A DNA stretch of 62,941 nucleotides, the filler included, from Collodictyon triciliatum (lineage: Eukaryota), in NCBI GenBank assembly GCA_043381765.1. It is 34 parts of 34 records of this genome, joined end to end, with 100 filler letters (N's around TTAATTAATTAA, not from the genome) between each part and the next. Parts side by side here need not be neighbours in the genome. Positions count along the whole stretch, not along the records: positions 37,161 to 38,910 come from JBHJMP010010297.1; positions 39,011 to 40,760 come from JBHJMP010010298.1; positions 40,861 to 42,610 come from JBHJMP010010299.1; positions 42,711 to 44,458 come from JBHJMP010010302.1; positions 44,559 to 46,306 come from JBHJMP010010303.1; positions 46,407 to 48,154 come from JBHJMP010010304.1; positions 48,255 to 50,002 come from JBHJMP010010305.1; 27 more parts are not named here. One strand, 5' to 3'. The translations under genes were made by a program, and so were the position numbers. Below the pieces are notes generated by a model. It was not told where the DNA came from. It was given only the letters and a program-made list of their open reading frames with translations, and searched no databases. Shown one piece after another: positions 37,850 through 50,102 of the stretch (positions within the stretch are counted from its first letter, which is position 1; every line of letters starts with the position of its first letter).

Positions 37850-38626
37850 GCAAACACTCCCAAAATCGTGACTGATGGGAGTGTTATTGGAAATACTATT
37901 TACTATGATGCTCAGCATAAGTACAACCAGCCTGTAACTGGCCCAACACCAGTCGGTCCAACTTCGCAACAGCAGCACCCACATGGTTTCATACATCGCC
38001 AAAGTTATATTGGTGGAAGCCAGGACTATTGTACACCGACACATCCTATTTTGCACAATCATAGCGTTGGTTCGTTCCATGATTTGATTTCCTCGCATCA
38101 AGGGCAATCCCCGCAACAACAATATCCCCAACAACAATATCCCCAACAACAATATCCCCAACAACAATACCCAGCACAACAATACCCCGCACAACAATAC
38201 CCCGCACAACAATACCCAGCACAACAATACCCCGCACAACAATACCCAGCACAACAATACCCAGCACAACAATACCCAGCACAACAATACCCAGCACAAC
38301 AATACCCAGCACAACAATACCCCGCACAACAATACCCAGCACAACAATACCCAGCACAACAATACCCAGCACAACAATACCCCGCACAACAATACCCAGC
38401 ACAACAATACCCCGCACAACAATACCCCGCACAACAATACCCACAACAATACGATCACGTTACGGCCACTCCGAGTCCGTCTGGTTTTACAACTCAAGGT
38501 CACCCCAGCGTTAATCCTTGGTTGCCCGCTGAAAATACTGAAACCTATCTCGAGAGAGTCAGGGCAGAACAGAAAATGAGAATATCTGACTCACCTGATA
38601 TTTCTGCTTCACCAAAGAAACAAAAT
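37850..38626 (+). CDS. Exon of a protein with a Gln/Tyr/Pro-rich (QQYPA)n domain
   Basis: AG acceptor at ~37849, open frame, ~22 copies of a 15-nt unit at 38113-38452 that differ mainly at synonymous positions (CCC/CCA). Confidence 0.7.
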
Positions 38627-39918
38627 GTAATGATTTGTACTAGATTGATCTATGAATTTACATATGTATTAATTTTTCTCCCATGACTATCCAAAATTTA
38701 CATTAACGTTAGAAAATGTACCTAGAATGTTATCTAACAAATTTCCATTTCATGGGAAATCTAGGTGAAAGTGCACGAGTATATCAGTATTGAAGGTGTT
38801 ATACCCTCTATGTATGACAAAGTTGCGGACGAAATTAGAAAATTGACGCAATACTCGAGTGACCTGAAGTTAATTGGCGGAAAAAGATATTTTCGTGCAA
38901 TTTTTGCAGTNNNNNNNNNNNNNNNNNNNNNNNNNNNNNNNNNNNNNNNNNNNNTTAATTAATTAANNNNNNNNNNNNNNNNNNNNNNNNNNNNNNNNNN
39001 NNNNNNNNNNTGACCCACCATCCCCCTATGACAACAACAACAAAAAAAAAAAACAAACCCCCCCCCCCCCCCCCCCAAAAAAAAAAAAAAAAAAAAAACC
39101 AAAAAACGACCAACCAACTAAAAATAATAAAGTTTAAACCAGGTACGCCATTCCCAGTTCATAAGTAGCCTGGACGCTTCCAAGATGATGAGCCTCCAAG
39201 AGTAATTCGATCGATTTCTTATCATTCTCTTTCGTATTTTCTATTGTCATTGCCTTTATTCATCATTTTTTTAATTCTATGAAGCAAACACGAATAACGA
39301 TGTGATCATTTAGTGGTACAGGGTAGTCGCATGCATATTGTACCGATTTATTGTGATTGGATGGACGGCTTACTTGATTGTATAATTCTTCTGCTTTTGC
39401 CTTTCTAGATTCTATTTCATTTTTTTCTTCCTCAGTCAAAGACTTGCTCTTCGCTGGCTCTTCACTTCCATTCGAATATGCTGCAGCGATTTCCCTGAGC
39501 ACCGACGAGTGCGTTTTATGTTCGCTTAGTCTCTGAATAATTGACTTTGGAAGAGACTTTTTGGCATGAACCAAGTCATGAATCTTATTTGTCTTCGCCG
39601 ATGAGGAATGAAAGTCCTCCGACACAAATCTATCTGCGAGAGAATTTTCATTTGTGCCACCTTCAATCGCATCTCTTTTGGAGTGATCAGGCTCCATCAA
39701 CTTTGAGAGATTCTCAGTTTTTTTAGTCTTCCCTTGAGATTCTGAAACTAGTCTCTCTACATGTAGGTATTTTTTTACATTTTTTGAAAGAAAACTTAAA
39801 AAACTATAGGCAAATATATAATAGCATTAGACGTGTAAAAATAAAATAAAGATGAACGAATTCATAGAATATGAGACTTCACGAAGTAGTATATTAAAAA
39901 TAAAAAGATGCACCTGGT

Positions 39919-40476
39919 TTATTTACTAATATCATCAAAAGAATACACACACACAATAAAAATCATTATTTCCAACTCACTGTGCACACTCTGCCTTCTG
40001 ATGGGGCTCCACTTCTGCTTGCCCTCAGGATGCCTTCTGCCTTCGTCCTCGCCAACTTTATTAATCGACCGGTCATTCTCTTTCGCTCCCCCACTTGCAT
40101 AATCTGGTTTCTCATCAGCAGCGCCAGAGACTTTCGCCGGTACATCACTGATATCAAAGTCCACACCCTTTTCAACCGATCCATCATAACTCTCCTCCTG
40201 ATTCGAAGAGAACTCTGCGTTCCAGTCAGTATTTTTTCCCTGTGCGATGATGCCTTGTGATCGTGACTCCTCCGCCGGCATCGGCCCATTGCGGTCTACT
40301 TGGACAAGAAAGGTTTTTTCTGGCGAGAGCTTCTCGGTCTGGGGCTCTGTGTCCGACTTGTCGCTGTCGTCAGGCGTTTTCTCGTGTTTCTGGGCCGCTC
40401 TTATATGCCCAACTTCGACGGCATCAGCGGCATGAAAAACGGCAACAAGAAAACCAAGCAGGAAGAAAAAACCTAT
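39919..40476 (-). CDS. Putative secreted, acidic low-complexity protein (exon)
   Basis: Signal-peptide-like FFFLLGFLVAVFHAADA followed by a D/E/S/K-rich region; true start unresolved; 39263-39700 may be a later exon. Confidence 0.45.
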   Translation of the reverse strand: MGFFFLLGFLVAVFHAADAVEVGHIRAAQKHEKTPDDSDKSDTEPQTEKLSPEKTFLVQVDRNGPMPAEESRSQGIIAQGKNTDWNAEFSSNQEESYDGSVEKGVDFDISDVPAKVSGAADEKPDYASGGAKENDRSINKVGEDEGRRHPEGKQKWSPIRRQSVHSELEIMIFIVCVYSFDDISK

Positions 40477-40873
40477 GCGTTTGGATGACAGAGACAAAGT
40501 TGAGCATAGATTATATACAACATATATGTTGGCATAGCATCAGCCCATCATTGTGCAATAATGGCGGAGTGGCGATCGCTGCCCGTTGAGAAGGATCGCA
40601 TCAGTGCTTCTTACCAAAGAGGTGCTTGGCACGAACAGGCATCGATCAACCTGGAGTTTTTCTACAAGAAAAGAAGTAGAAACTTGAAAACAAAAAACAA
40701 AAAACAAAAAACAAAAAACAAAAAACAAAAAACAAAAAACAAAAAACAAAAAACAAAAAANNNNNNNNNNNNNNNNNNNNNNNNNNNNNNNNNNNNNNNN
40801 NNNNTTAATTAATTAANNNNNNNNNNNNNNNNNNNNNNNNNNNNNNNNNNNNNNNNNNNNGTTTAACAACTAC

Positions 40874-41005
40874 CTTCTGACCGGTCCTTTCATCAAAAGC
40901 AGCTTTCACTTTAGCAAAACTCCCTTCTCCTATAGTCTTTCCGAGGACGTAGGACCCTATCATGTTGAGCTTCTGGCGTCGATCATCACCATCCGTACCG
41001 CCCAT
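40874..41005 (-). CDS. Ser/Thr protein kinase (CAMKL: AMPK/MARK/CIPK-like), first exon
   Basis: IGSYVLGKTIGEGSFAKVKAAFDERTGQK followed by a GT donor; glycine-rich loop of subdomain I. Confidence 0.85.
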
Positions 41006-42195
41006 ACTGTTTTTTTCTTTCTTTCTTTTTTCCTATTTCCTCTTTGTTTCTCTTCGCCTCCGTTTGGGGTCTAGCTATCTCCAAAACTGCCTCTTTTGAT
41101 CTCTTCTTATTCGCACTCGAGCAGAGAGCCAACCAACCTGCTTGCTACAGAGCAGACGAAGACTGCCGAGGGAAATCAGCGGAACGATCGAACCCTGGAC
41201 CTCCACAAGGACTTATTCGCCTCAACCTACCTTGATTTTAAGACTCGTCAGAGCTCTTGCAAGACACCTTCCCTTTCAACAAACGTCGTTGCCATGACCC
41301 CGGACGCGTTCGCACGTAGCAGGGTGCAAAGAATAATAAAAAAATACACACTTAAAAAAAATCAACTGAAATCATTGCATCGAAACCAGGGACTATCAAA
41401 ACAGACTGCATTTGCCCGCAAAGTTTCTCCTTTGAAATGGGCTGGATGAGGGAATAAACTTCCAACTGCATTTCCCTGTCCTTTTTCTTCTTTTTCTTCT
41501 TTTTTTCTTCTTCCTCCTTTCTTCTTGCATCTTGATTTGTGTTCCCTGGTGCAATGCAGGGCGAAATATACACAGCCAGGGACGAGAAGCCGGCTTGCCT
41601 GCGCGTGATTCGTCTACGGTCATGCGATGAAAAGGTGCTGTTCGTTGACCATGATGCGAGCGCAGAAGAGGAGGCTCGATGGCTGTGGATTCTGTGCTTT
41701 CTTAGATATTCACTTCACCCCTGCAACAAGATCTGGCTGCTGACTTCTAGCTGCATATGCGCCGTCTGGCAAGGTCGAGAGAAAAGAACAGAGCCCGAAA
41801 CAAGGGACTTGTGTATGATTGTGGAATTTATGATAAAATTGGTGTTATTCAACTATTAATAAATTATATGAATCATATAAAATGAAAAACATAGCATAAT
41901 TCTAATTAATAGTATAATAATTGCATGTACACTTTTGGGTCTGAATTCGGTGCGTCAGTATCCCTTATTGTCATCTTCACTTGCATCAAAGTATATTCTT
42001 TTTCGTGTAGCAGAGTTTCGCTTTGCCAAGCACTGAGTCAAGACACAACAAAGATGTACCGAACACGCCATTGAAGAGATGGCCCTAGAAGCAAACCATC
42101 AAGATGCTGCATCCTTGATTCCATGTATCCGTATAATAGACCGCACATACTCCTAATCCTGTAATTGTGATACAACAGCCGAAACAGACACCGCA

Positions 42196-42610
42196 ATGAC
42201 CCAAGCCAGGGAGACCCACGACGAAGCAGAAGCCCCGATCTCGAACGTTTCAAACACGCCTGATGAAAAGTCTGTTGCACTCGCGAATATATATTCAGAC
42301 ATGAAGACAGTCAGTGAATGTGGCCGGGCGCTGCAGCTCCAGGAACAGCACTGTGAGAATGAAAAAGACCTTGAACGAATCCCCAACTCACGCAGTCTCG
42401 AAGTTGACGCGCCCAAGAAGAACGGCGTGGTTGAGTCATTCAAATATGCAAAAGGGATGTGGTTTGCTATTATCACAAGAATTATACCGATACTCGCAGC
42501 TAACATATTTTTCATGGCCTTCTTCTATCTTCCGGCTGTTATTGCTGCGCCAAAGTTTCTTGAACTAATCAAGGAGTTTGTGTATGACGCAGTGCTCAAG
42601 GCCTTGATGT
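42196..42610 (+). CDS. Hypothetical membrane protein, partial
   Basis: Open to the contig end with a hydrophobic stretch (WFAIITRIIPILAANIFFMAFFYLPAVIAA); no family recognised. Confidence 0.35.
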
Positions 42611-42710
42611 NNNNNNNNNNNNNNNNNNNNNNNNNNNNNNNNNNNNNNNNNNNNTTAATTAATTAANNNNNNNNNNNNNNNNNNNNNNNNNNNNNNNNNN
42701 NNNNNNNNNN

Positions 42711-43433
42711 TGGTTCTTTTTGGGCGGGGGGTGTCCTTTCAATATTTTTTGTCAGGGCCTCAGCATATGTGGCTCTATGTGTTGGACTTTCGCTGGGCTC
42801 AAGGCTCCTGGTTTCTTCTGAGGAGTGGTACCTTTTCTGATTGCATCGAGGTCTCTGCTTCCTTCTCATTCGGTTGTGGGTTCTCAATGGGTATGCCATA
42901 GTTTGTTTTCTTCCTGAATTGTTTGTTAGAGTTCTCGCTACTACTTTCCGTGGTGGTTTCGGCAGGACAAACTTTCGTGTTAGGGATTGCATGTCCATGT
43001 CCGGGCATCGCCGTTTCTTCGCTAGCAACTGATTGTCTGGTTTCCACCTGAGCTGGGTTTACTTTGTTGGCCTGTTTTCGTTTGCCTGTTGATACCTCGG
43101 GGTTAGGAGGCGTGTCTTTAGTGGTAATCGGGGTTGGGGCTGGGCTCTTATGTCCTTTCGGACGAGTACTTGCTCTGGAGGGGTACCCTCCGACCATCTT
43201 GCGTTCCTCTTTGGATGGACACGTCCGCGTGTATCAGGGGAAATAAGGATTTACAAAGATGGCTTTGGCCAACTTGGCCTAATTAGTTTCTTACGTGGGC
43301 GCGATACCCTCGATAGAAATTTATTTTATCAAAAAAATTCTTTTGGGAAATCGAGATGGTAAGACGAATCCCTGCCCATTTCTGGCTAAGGGGCACGATA
43401 CTTTCCGATATATTATTCTTGGTTGAAACCATG
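42711..43433 (-). mobile_element. Decayed LINE ORF1-like fragment
   Basis: Frameshifted K/R/T/P/S-rich ORFs ending in TYAEAL (a motif common in ORF1 proteins); composition like the ORF1 pieces at 11.5-12.4 kb and 50.7-51.8 kb. Confidence 0.5.
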
Positions 43434-43759
43434 GTAGTCGAGCTCTTGAGAGGGTGTTTCTTCAGGAGCGGTCAGGGTTGCAGATCGAAAGCAGAAGCTC
43501 TCTCTCTCTTTGATTAGGTAGTGTTAGCTACTTGATCGGTTTAAACAACTTTTGAACTCATAGGCAGTGTTTTTTGAACTTTCCTATGGCTGTGAGTTGC
43601 ACTGTTTAGATATCGGACTAAAAATAAATTTCGTGGTATAATTTTTAAACATTAATTATTTTTATTGAATAATGCTGTAATAAAATTAGAATTACATCCT
43701 ATCGAGATATCCAAACATAAATCATTCCCTTCTAATTCATATTGTAGAATGGTAATGCC

Positions 43760-44458
43760 ACACATGAGGCGAGATAGGTACACATGGTAGAGTAAAAACG
43801 ATTAAGAGAAGACGCTATTGTGGAGAAGCTAACACCGGAAAGAAATCAGTGATAGCGAATTGATCAGGTGAACGTCCCAACTGGTTGATTGGTTGCGTGG
43901 GTAGCAGTGGTTGTATATGCTGTGGGAGATATCGCACGACACATTCCCACATCTCTCTTCACTTGTTGTAAGAGTAGCGAAGAATGCGGGCGTGTTTCAG
44001 CAGGCTGTTCAGGAAGCTGTATTGCACGAGGCTTTCAAACTCGATACATTGATTTCTCGTTCGGGTGAATCATTAGAGCGAGAGAATGCGCGCACACTCC
44101 ATAAGAACCACGGCATATGTCCCCTTGTGACTGTCCAGAGTATTCTAGAGTCGTGAGGCATTTCATATTGTGCGCCAAACAGGATGTCTGACGCGCGGAG
44201 TCGATTGCGAGCATAATCAAGCTCAGAGAGCATCTTGTGAGTAGATTCTGTCACTTTTTGAGCAAGAGAGCACTTCACAAATGTGTGTTCGATAGAGTCA
44301 TCTCCACTATGGTACATGGTGCATTCTGGAGAGGTCATTGCTGCATGGAATACACGTGCACCTATCCACAGCTCTCTGTTGGAGATATTGAGAAGTAGGG
44401 CGCGGTGTTTCGGGAGTAGCTGAGGTATACGGGCTTGCTTCCAGCTTTTGGCTATTGG
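43760..44458 (-). mobile_element. Decayed L1/Tx1-type LINE ORF2 3' end with zf-RVT
   Basis: ECTMYHSGDDSIEHTFVKC (degenerate CxxC..ExxxHxFxxC) and WFLWSVR; homologous to 14530-14783; frameshifted relative to that copy. Confidence 0.82.
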
Positions 44459-44874
44459 NNNNNNNNNNNNNNNNNNNNNNNNNNNNNNNNNNNNNNNNNN
44501 NNTTAATTAATTAANNNNNNNNNNNNNNNNNNNNNNNNNNNNNNNNNNNNNNNNNNNNTTATTGTTGTTATTATTGTTATTATTATTGTTATTATTATTG
44601 TTATTATTATTGTTATTATTATTGTTATTATTATTGTTATTATTATTGTTATTGTTATTGTTATTGTTATTATTATTGTTATTGTTATTGTTATTGTTAT
44701 TGTTATTGTTATTGTTATTGTTATTGTTATTGTTACTGTTACTGTTACTGTTACTGTTACTGTTACTGTTACTGTTACTGTTACTATTACTGTTAATACT
44801 TACCCTTCCTCCCTTTGTGCTAATTCATGAACATCTACATTCTCTACTCCTAAACTCTAACTGTACATCACCAG

Positions 44875-45989
44875 GTAGTTGTGATTGGCGAGGCAGGCGT
44901 TGGTAATCCTTGAATACATAATGAGGAGTTATTAAATGACGTTCTGATCGTTACATTGTAAATGTAAATATTAAACTTCCAGGTAAAACGTCCATCATCC
45001 AGCGTTACGCAAAGAACAACTTCAAGCACAACTACCTCGCCACTATTGGAGGTTTGTAGCCTGTTTGTATGCTTCTATTTTCACTTTTTTAGTATCAATT
45101 CATGTAATCTTCGGGTTTACATTATCTACTCTTAATATATTGATATGATAATCAATATCTGTCTAGTGGATTTCCATGTAAAGAGCATTAAAGTGGACGG
45201 AAAACCTATTCACCTTGGAGTGAGTAAACATTTTTAATATATATAAACAATATTAGTCTTTTCGCTTACGTATGCTCCTTTCTTTGTATTTCTGTCGCTC
45301 TGCATAAACTCAATCATGGTGTTCTTAACTGTCTGAATATTTCTATAATTGGTCGGGGTCAGATATGGGACATAGCAGGTTTGTTGAAATTGCCTATCTT
45401 CTTGGACGTATCCCAATTTTTTTCATGTTGCTAATTGCTTCGATTCCTCTTGGTCTAACAGCAACTTTCTCTTGTTCAGGTCAAGAGAGATTCGGTGCAT
45501 TGACAGTCCAGTATTACCGAAAAGCTCATGGCGCATTCATCGTTTTTGACATTACAGATGAAAGAACCTTCGTTAAAGTAGCCAAATGGGTTCGGTGGGA
45601 TATTTTCAAAAACATATCGCATGTGTGTTCCGCCTGTATTTTGAATGTGTTAAATCTGTTTATGAGGCTTGATGGCTTGTGTTTTCTTTCTTTCTTTCTT
45701 TGTAACATTTTCTTCTAAATAAAAACTTTAGCTGAAAACTGTCAATTGCCACAAATAGGGATATCCGTGAAAAAGTTACCTTGGATAATGGGAAAGATGT
45801 GCCTCTTATACTATTGGCCAACAAAGTGGGTTTAATTTTTAGCTCCTTCTGTGGGACTGTCCTCCCGAATGATTGATGGCCTTTCACAATTCTTACGCAT
45901 ACATGCCTTTGATAGTGCGATCTATCTCCCCGTCCTGTAAGCGATGAACGGATCGAGCAAATTGTCAAGGAGTTTGGATTCCTCGCCTG
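44875..45989 (+). CDS. Rab GTPase of the Rab32/38/29 group, spliced, partial
   Basis: VVVIGEAGVG/KTSIIQRY..YLATIGV/DFHVK..HLG/IWDIAG/QERFG..YYRKAHGAFIVFDIT..KWVR/DIREKVTLDNGKDVPLILLANK/CDL..GFLAW; WDIAGQE is the Rab32-group signature. Confidence 0.9.
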
Positions 45990-46434
45990 GTGAGTAATTT
46001 CAAAGTCATTCATTGTGATTTTAAAATAGAAATAGGAGTAGAGGGAGGGGGGACTTCTTTTCTCTCTCTCTCTTTTTTCTCTCTCTTTTTTTTCTCTCTC
46101 TTTTTTTTCTCTCTTTTTTTTCTCTCTTTTTTTTCTCTCTCTTTTTTTTCTCTCTCTCTTTTTTCTCTCTCTCTTTTTTTTTTCTCTCTCTCTCTCTTTC
46201 TTCTCTCTCTCCTTTTTCTCTCTCTTTTTTCTCTCTCTTTTTTCTCTCTCTTTTTTCTCTCTCTTTTTTCTCTCTCTTTTTTCTCTCTCTTTTTTCTCTC
46301 TCTTTTNNNNNNNNNNNNNNNNNNNNNNNNNNNNNNNNNNNNNNNNNNNNTTAATTAATTAANNNNNNNNNNNNNNNNNNNNNNNNNNNNNNNNNNNNNN
46401 NNNNNNTTGATTGAGGGGTCTCTGCCAGCTCGGA

Positions 46435-46518
<84 letters not shown>

Positions 46519-46698
46519 AGAGGAAAAGAGGAAAAGAGGAAGGAGTAAATGCTAAAATAGCCGAACAACTGGAGCATTTGCTCTTCCTAAGTAACTGGAT
46601 TTCTTATTACGATCCCCCGCTCACGCTTCTGCCTCCAAAAAAAGACGCGAAGGGTACATTGTCGAGGAAGCAGGGTGGCTTCGTCCCTTCAAGCTTGA

Positions 46699-48046
46699 AT
46701 GAACACGACTGCCGGAAGCCTTGTTGTGGTCCTCCTTGTCGGGCTTGTGCTCACCAGCACGGGTGGTGCTGTGTATTTTGTGCTGAAGGAGGAAACAACA
46801 AAGTGCCTGACAGAGGATCTCAACTTGGGAACAAAGTGCGCGCTGGTCTTTCAAACGACAGAACCCAGAGGAAACAAGATGCGAATATGGGTAAGCGATG
46901 GTGCCTGTGTGCTGGGGAACGTTGTCTCATTGTATGTGTGGACGCCGTGGCTGACGTCTTTCCCTCTTCTTTTTTTTTCCTCCTTTTTTTTCCTCTTTTT
47001 CCCCTCTTTTTTTCTTTTCACTAGTCTTATCTTCAGGCAGGCAACTATATTACAATTGTGATTGCTCCTGCCCGATGCACAGTAACCCAAACTTTCCTTC
47101 CTCTGCAGTTGGAAGCGCCCAACAAGGCGCGCATATTTCACAGGGACCATCCCACCTCTGGGAGATACCAGTTCACAACCACCATAGGCGGGCCATACCG
47201 CATATGCGTCCGCAACGTACGAGATATAGGTGACTGTTGCTTCTTCTCCCTGCTTTTTAATACTCCTGGACGGCGCTACAACGGAGATATACTCACCGCA
47301 TCTGTTGCCACATGTCGTGTGTGGCGCACAGACCAGGAGGTGGACGAAGGTGATGCAGTGAATGGGGATGCAGATGGGATGCAGATTCTCGGGCTAGCAG
47401 GGGAGAGGCACGCGCTCAATGCCGAGCGGGGCGATGCGATTGTCAAGCTGGACATCCTGACCAGAAGCGAAGTGGAGCAGCACACGGCAGACCAGCTCAA
47501 CACAGCCAGCAGACTCCAGCCACACGAGGTTTCGCCCCCCACATGTCCAGCTCCCATCACAAGAGACTTGCGCAACCTTAACCCCAACAATCGGACTACC
47601 AGAAAAAAAAAAGTAAAAAAAAAAAAAGAAATGAAATGAAAGGGACACAGCATCCCCCCATGATCTTTCTGGGAGGCAGCACCTGACAAAGCGACGCCGC
47701 AAATGACAAGAATAATACCAGCAGTAATAGGATTGATGAAGATATGTTCGGATTAAAAGTCAGATTCGCCGCACTACAGGTTAGTATCATGGCTGTGGAG
47801 GCGCTCGTGAAGGACATCAGCAGCGACCTCGCAGACATGAAGCAGGTGGAGGGAACACTGCAGGACCGAACAGGTACGCACGCAAATACCCAGACACACA
47901 TGCAAGGACTCACGCAAGGCTCATCAGAGTCGCTGGACGCACGCATCCGGTGGCTGGGCACTGCGCTCTCGGCGGGCATTGTGGCACTCGGCGCACATCA
48001 GGCTGTGGGGCTGCGGCGGCTGCTCGAGCAAAGCCGGCTGGTGTGA
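46699..48046 (+). CDS. p24/emp24/gp25L (TMED) GOLD-domain cargo receptor, 5 exons
   Basis: Signal peptide, VYFVLKEETTKCLTEDL, GRYQFTTTIGGPYRICVRN, coiled coil DMKQVEGTLQDRT/ESLDARIRW, TM, HQAVGLRRLLEQSRLV*; GT-AG junctions in frame. Confidence 0.8.
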
Positions 48047-48387
48047 CCGATATAGAGATAGGCAATGGAAAATAAAGACACCGAGACAGGGACCGAGAGA
48101 AAGAAAATAAGAATGAAAGAGGAGGAAAACATGCCTGTGTTTGTGGTGTGTTTANNNNNNNNNNNNNNNNNNNNNNNNNNNNNNNNNNNNNNNNNNNNTT
48201 AATTAATTAANNNNNNNNNNNNNNNNNNNNNNNNNNNNNNNNNNNNNNNNNNNNAATTTTTATTATTTTTTTATTCTTCCAAAAAATTTTTTTTTAAAAA
48301 AAAAAAGAAAAAAAAAAAAAGAACCAGAAGGAAAGAAAGATAGAGGAAGAGAGGGAGAGAATGTGCTCACGTATGCGTGAATGAACC

Positions 48388-49870
48388 CTACATCTTTGGA
48401 GTGGGGCTACCAAGCTTCGCCAGCACCTTATCAGCAAGCTGGACAACCTCTTCAGCACACCCAAAGCAGACAGTCACCCCATTCCCACCATGCCCTAATT
48501 ACACCATATACATTAAATGCAGCAGCGCCACAGCGCAAGAGGAACACCGCAGCAGCACCGCGGCACATATATATGTATGTATGTATGTATGAGAGAGAAG
48601 AGAGAAGAGAGAAGAAAATGAAAATGAAAATGAAAATGAAAATGAAAATGAAGATGAAAATGAAAACGAAAATGAAAATGAAAATGAAAATGAAAATGAA
48701 AATGAAAATGAAGATGAAAATGAAGATGAAAACGAAAATGAAAATGAAAATGAAAATGAAAATGAAAATGAAAATGAAAATGAAAATGAAGATGAAGATG
48801 AAAATGAAGATGAAAATGCAGGTGAAAATGAAAATGAAAATGAAAATGAAAATGAAAGAGAAGGAGAAGGAGAAAGAGAAGGCTGGAAGCACACAGCGGA
48901 CAGCGGACCGACCGTAGTTGTGGACGACCGGGACCGGGCAGTCTGGGCCGGGCCACTCGATCTCGAGGCGCACGCTGCTGCGGCCGGGGCGCAGGCCGAC
49001 GAGGTGGCGCAGGACGGGGGCGTCGGCCAGGGCGGGCTCGATGCGTGCGCAGTCGCGGCGGATGCGTGCGGCCTCTGCGGGGTCGGGGTGTGTGCCGTGT
49101 GCGCCGACGCGTGCGGTCCCGCCGAGGACGCAGTGGTTCGTGAGGGGGATGACGTAGGCGAGGCGGTCGGTGGCCTCGTCGAAGTAGAAGCGGCGGGTGG
49201 GGATGTGCTCCGCGGGGTAGCGCACGTGGACAATCTGGCCCTGCACGGGCACGACGAGGGGGTCGCGCACGAGGGCGGCGGCGCCGAGGCCCGAGCAGTT
49301 GACGAGCAGGCGCGCGTCGGGGCGGATTTCCAGGGCATCGCGCAGCCGCGGCAGGTCGCGCCCCAGCACGCAGAGGCGGATCCCGCGCAGGGCGCACTGG
49401 ACGTGCAGCCAGGGCATGAAGCGCGCCATCTCGATGACCGGGCACACCACCTCCCACGCGCACCCGAAGCCCTCCGGCAGCCCCGCCCCGCCGCCGGCCC
49501 CGCCCTCCGCCCCCACCAGCCGCACCGGCACGTGCTCCGGGAGCGACGGCTGCCACCACGGCTCCCGCGTCGGCGGCGTCGGCCCCTCGAACAGATCCAG
49601 CCCCACGCACAGCGCCACCCCCGCGCCCTCCTCCTCCCGCGCCAGCCGCTCAAAGACCCCGTACGCCTGTCGCGCCCACGGCAGCGCCCGCTCCGCTGGC
49701 TCGATCACAAACGGGAACCACACCGCCGCCGCGATGTCCGACGTCGTCTCGGGGCTCATGCGTCCCGCCACGATCGTCACCCCCCACCCCTGCTTCTCAA
49801 GCGCAAGCGCCGACGTCAGTCCGATCACCCCGGCCCCGACCACAATCGCCTGCGGCTTCTCCTGTCCCAT
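48388..49870 (-). CDS. DAO: D-amino-acid oxidase, two exons (49870-48913, 48494-48388)
   Basis: VVGAGVIGL FAD motif, TTSDIAA, VNCSGLGA, PVQGQ, YVIP, LGGT, VGLRPGR, and VHNYG/HGGNGVTVCFGCA restored across a GT-AG intron; ends PKM*. Confidence 0.95.
48616..48856 (+). repeat. (AAAATG)n microsatellite inside the DAO intron
   Basis: Hexamer run; explains the spurious FIFIFI/KMKMKM translations. Confidence 0.95.
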
Positions 49871-49909
49871 GCCTCGTCTCTCCTCTACGGGCTCGGGGGT
49901 TGATTTTTT

Positions 49910-50002
<93 letters not shown>

Positions 50003-50102
50003 NNNNNNNNNNNNNNNNNNNNNNNNNNNNNNNNNNNNNNNNNNNNTTAATTAATTAANNNNNNNNNNNNNNNNNNNNNNNNNNNNNNNNNNNNNNNNNN
50101 NN

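Noticed and set aside
22516-49870. An amine/aromatic amino-acid catabolic cluster (MAO, PAH, DAO)
   Set aside because: The genes are on separate, artificially concatenated contigs with different composition.
48499-50054. Several long overlapping ORFs around DAO
   Set aside because: Shadow frames caused by very high GC; only the DAO frame has recognisable motifs.
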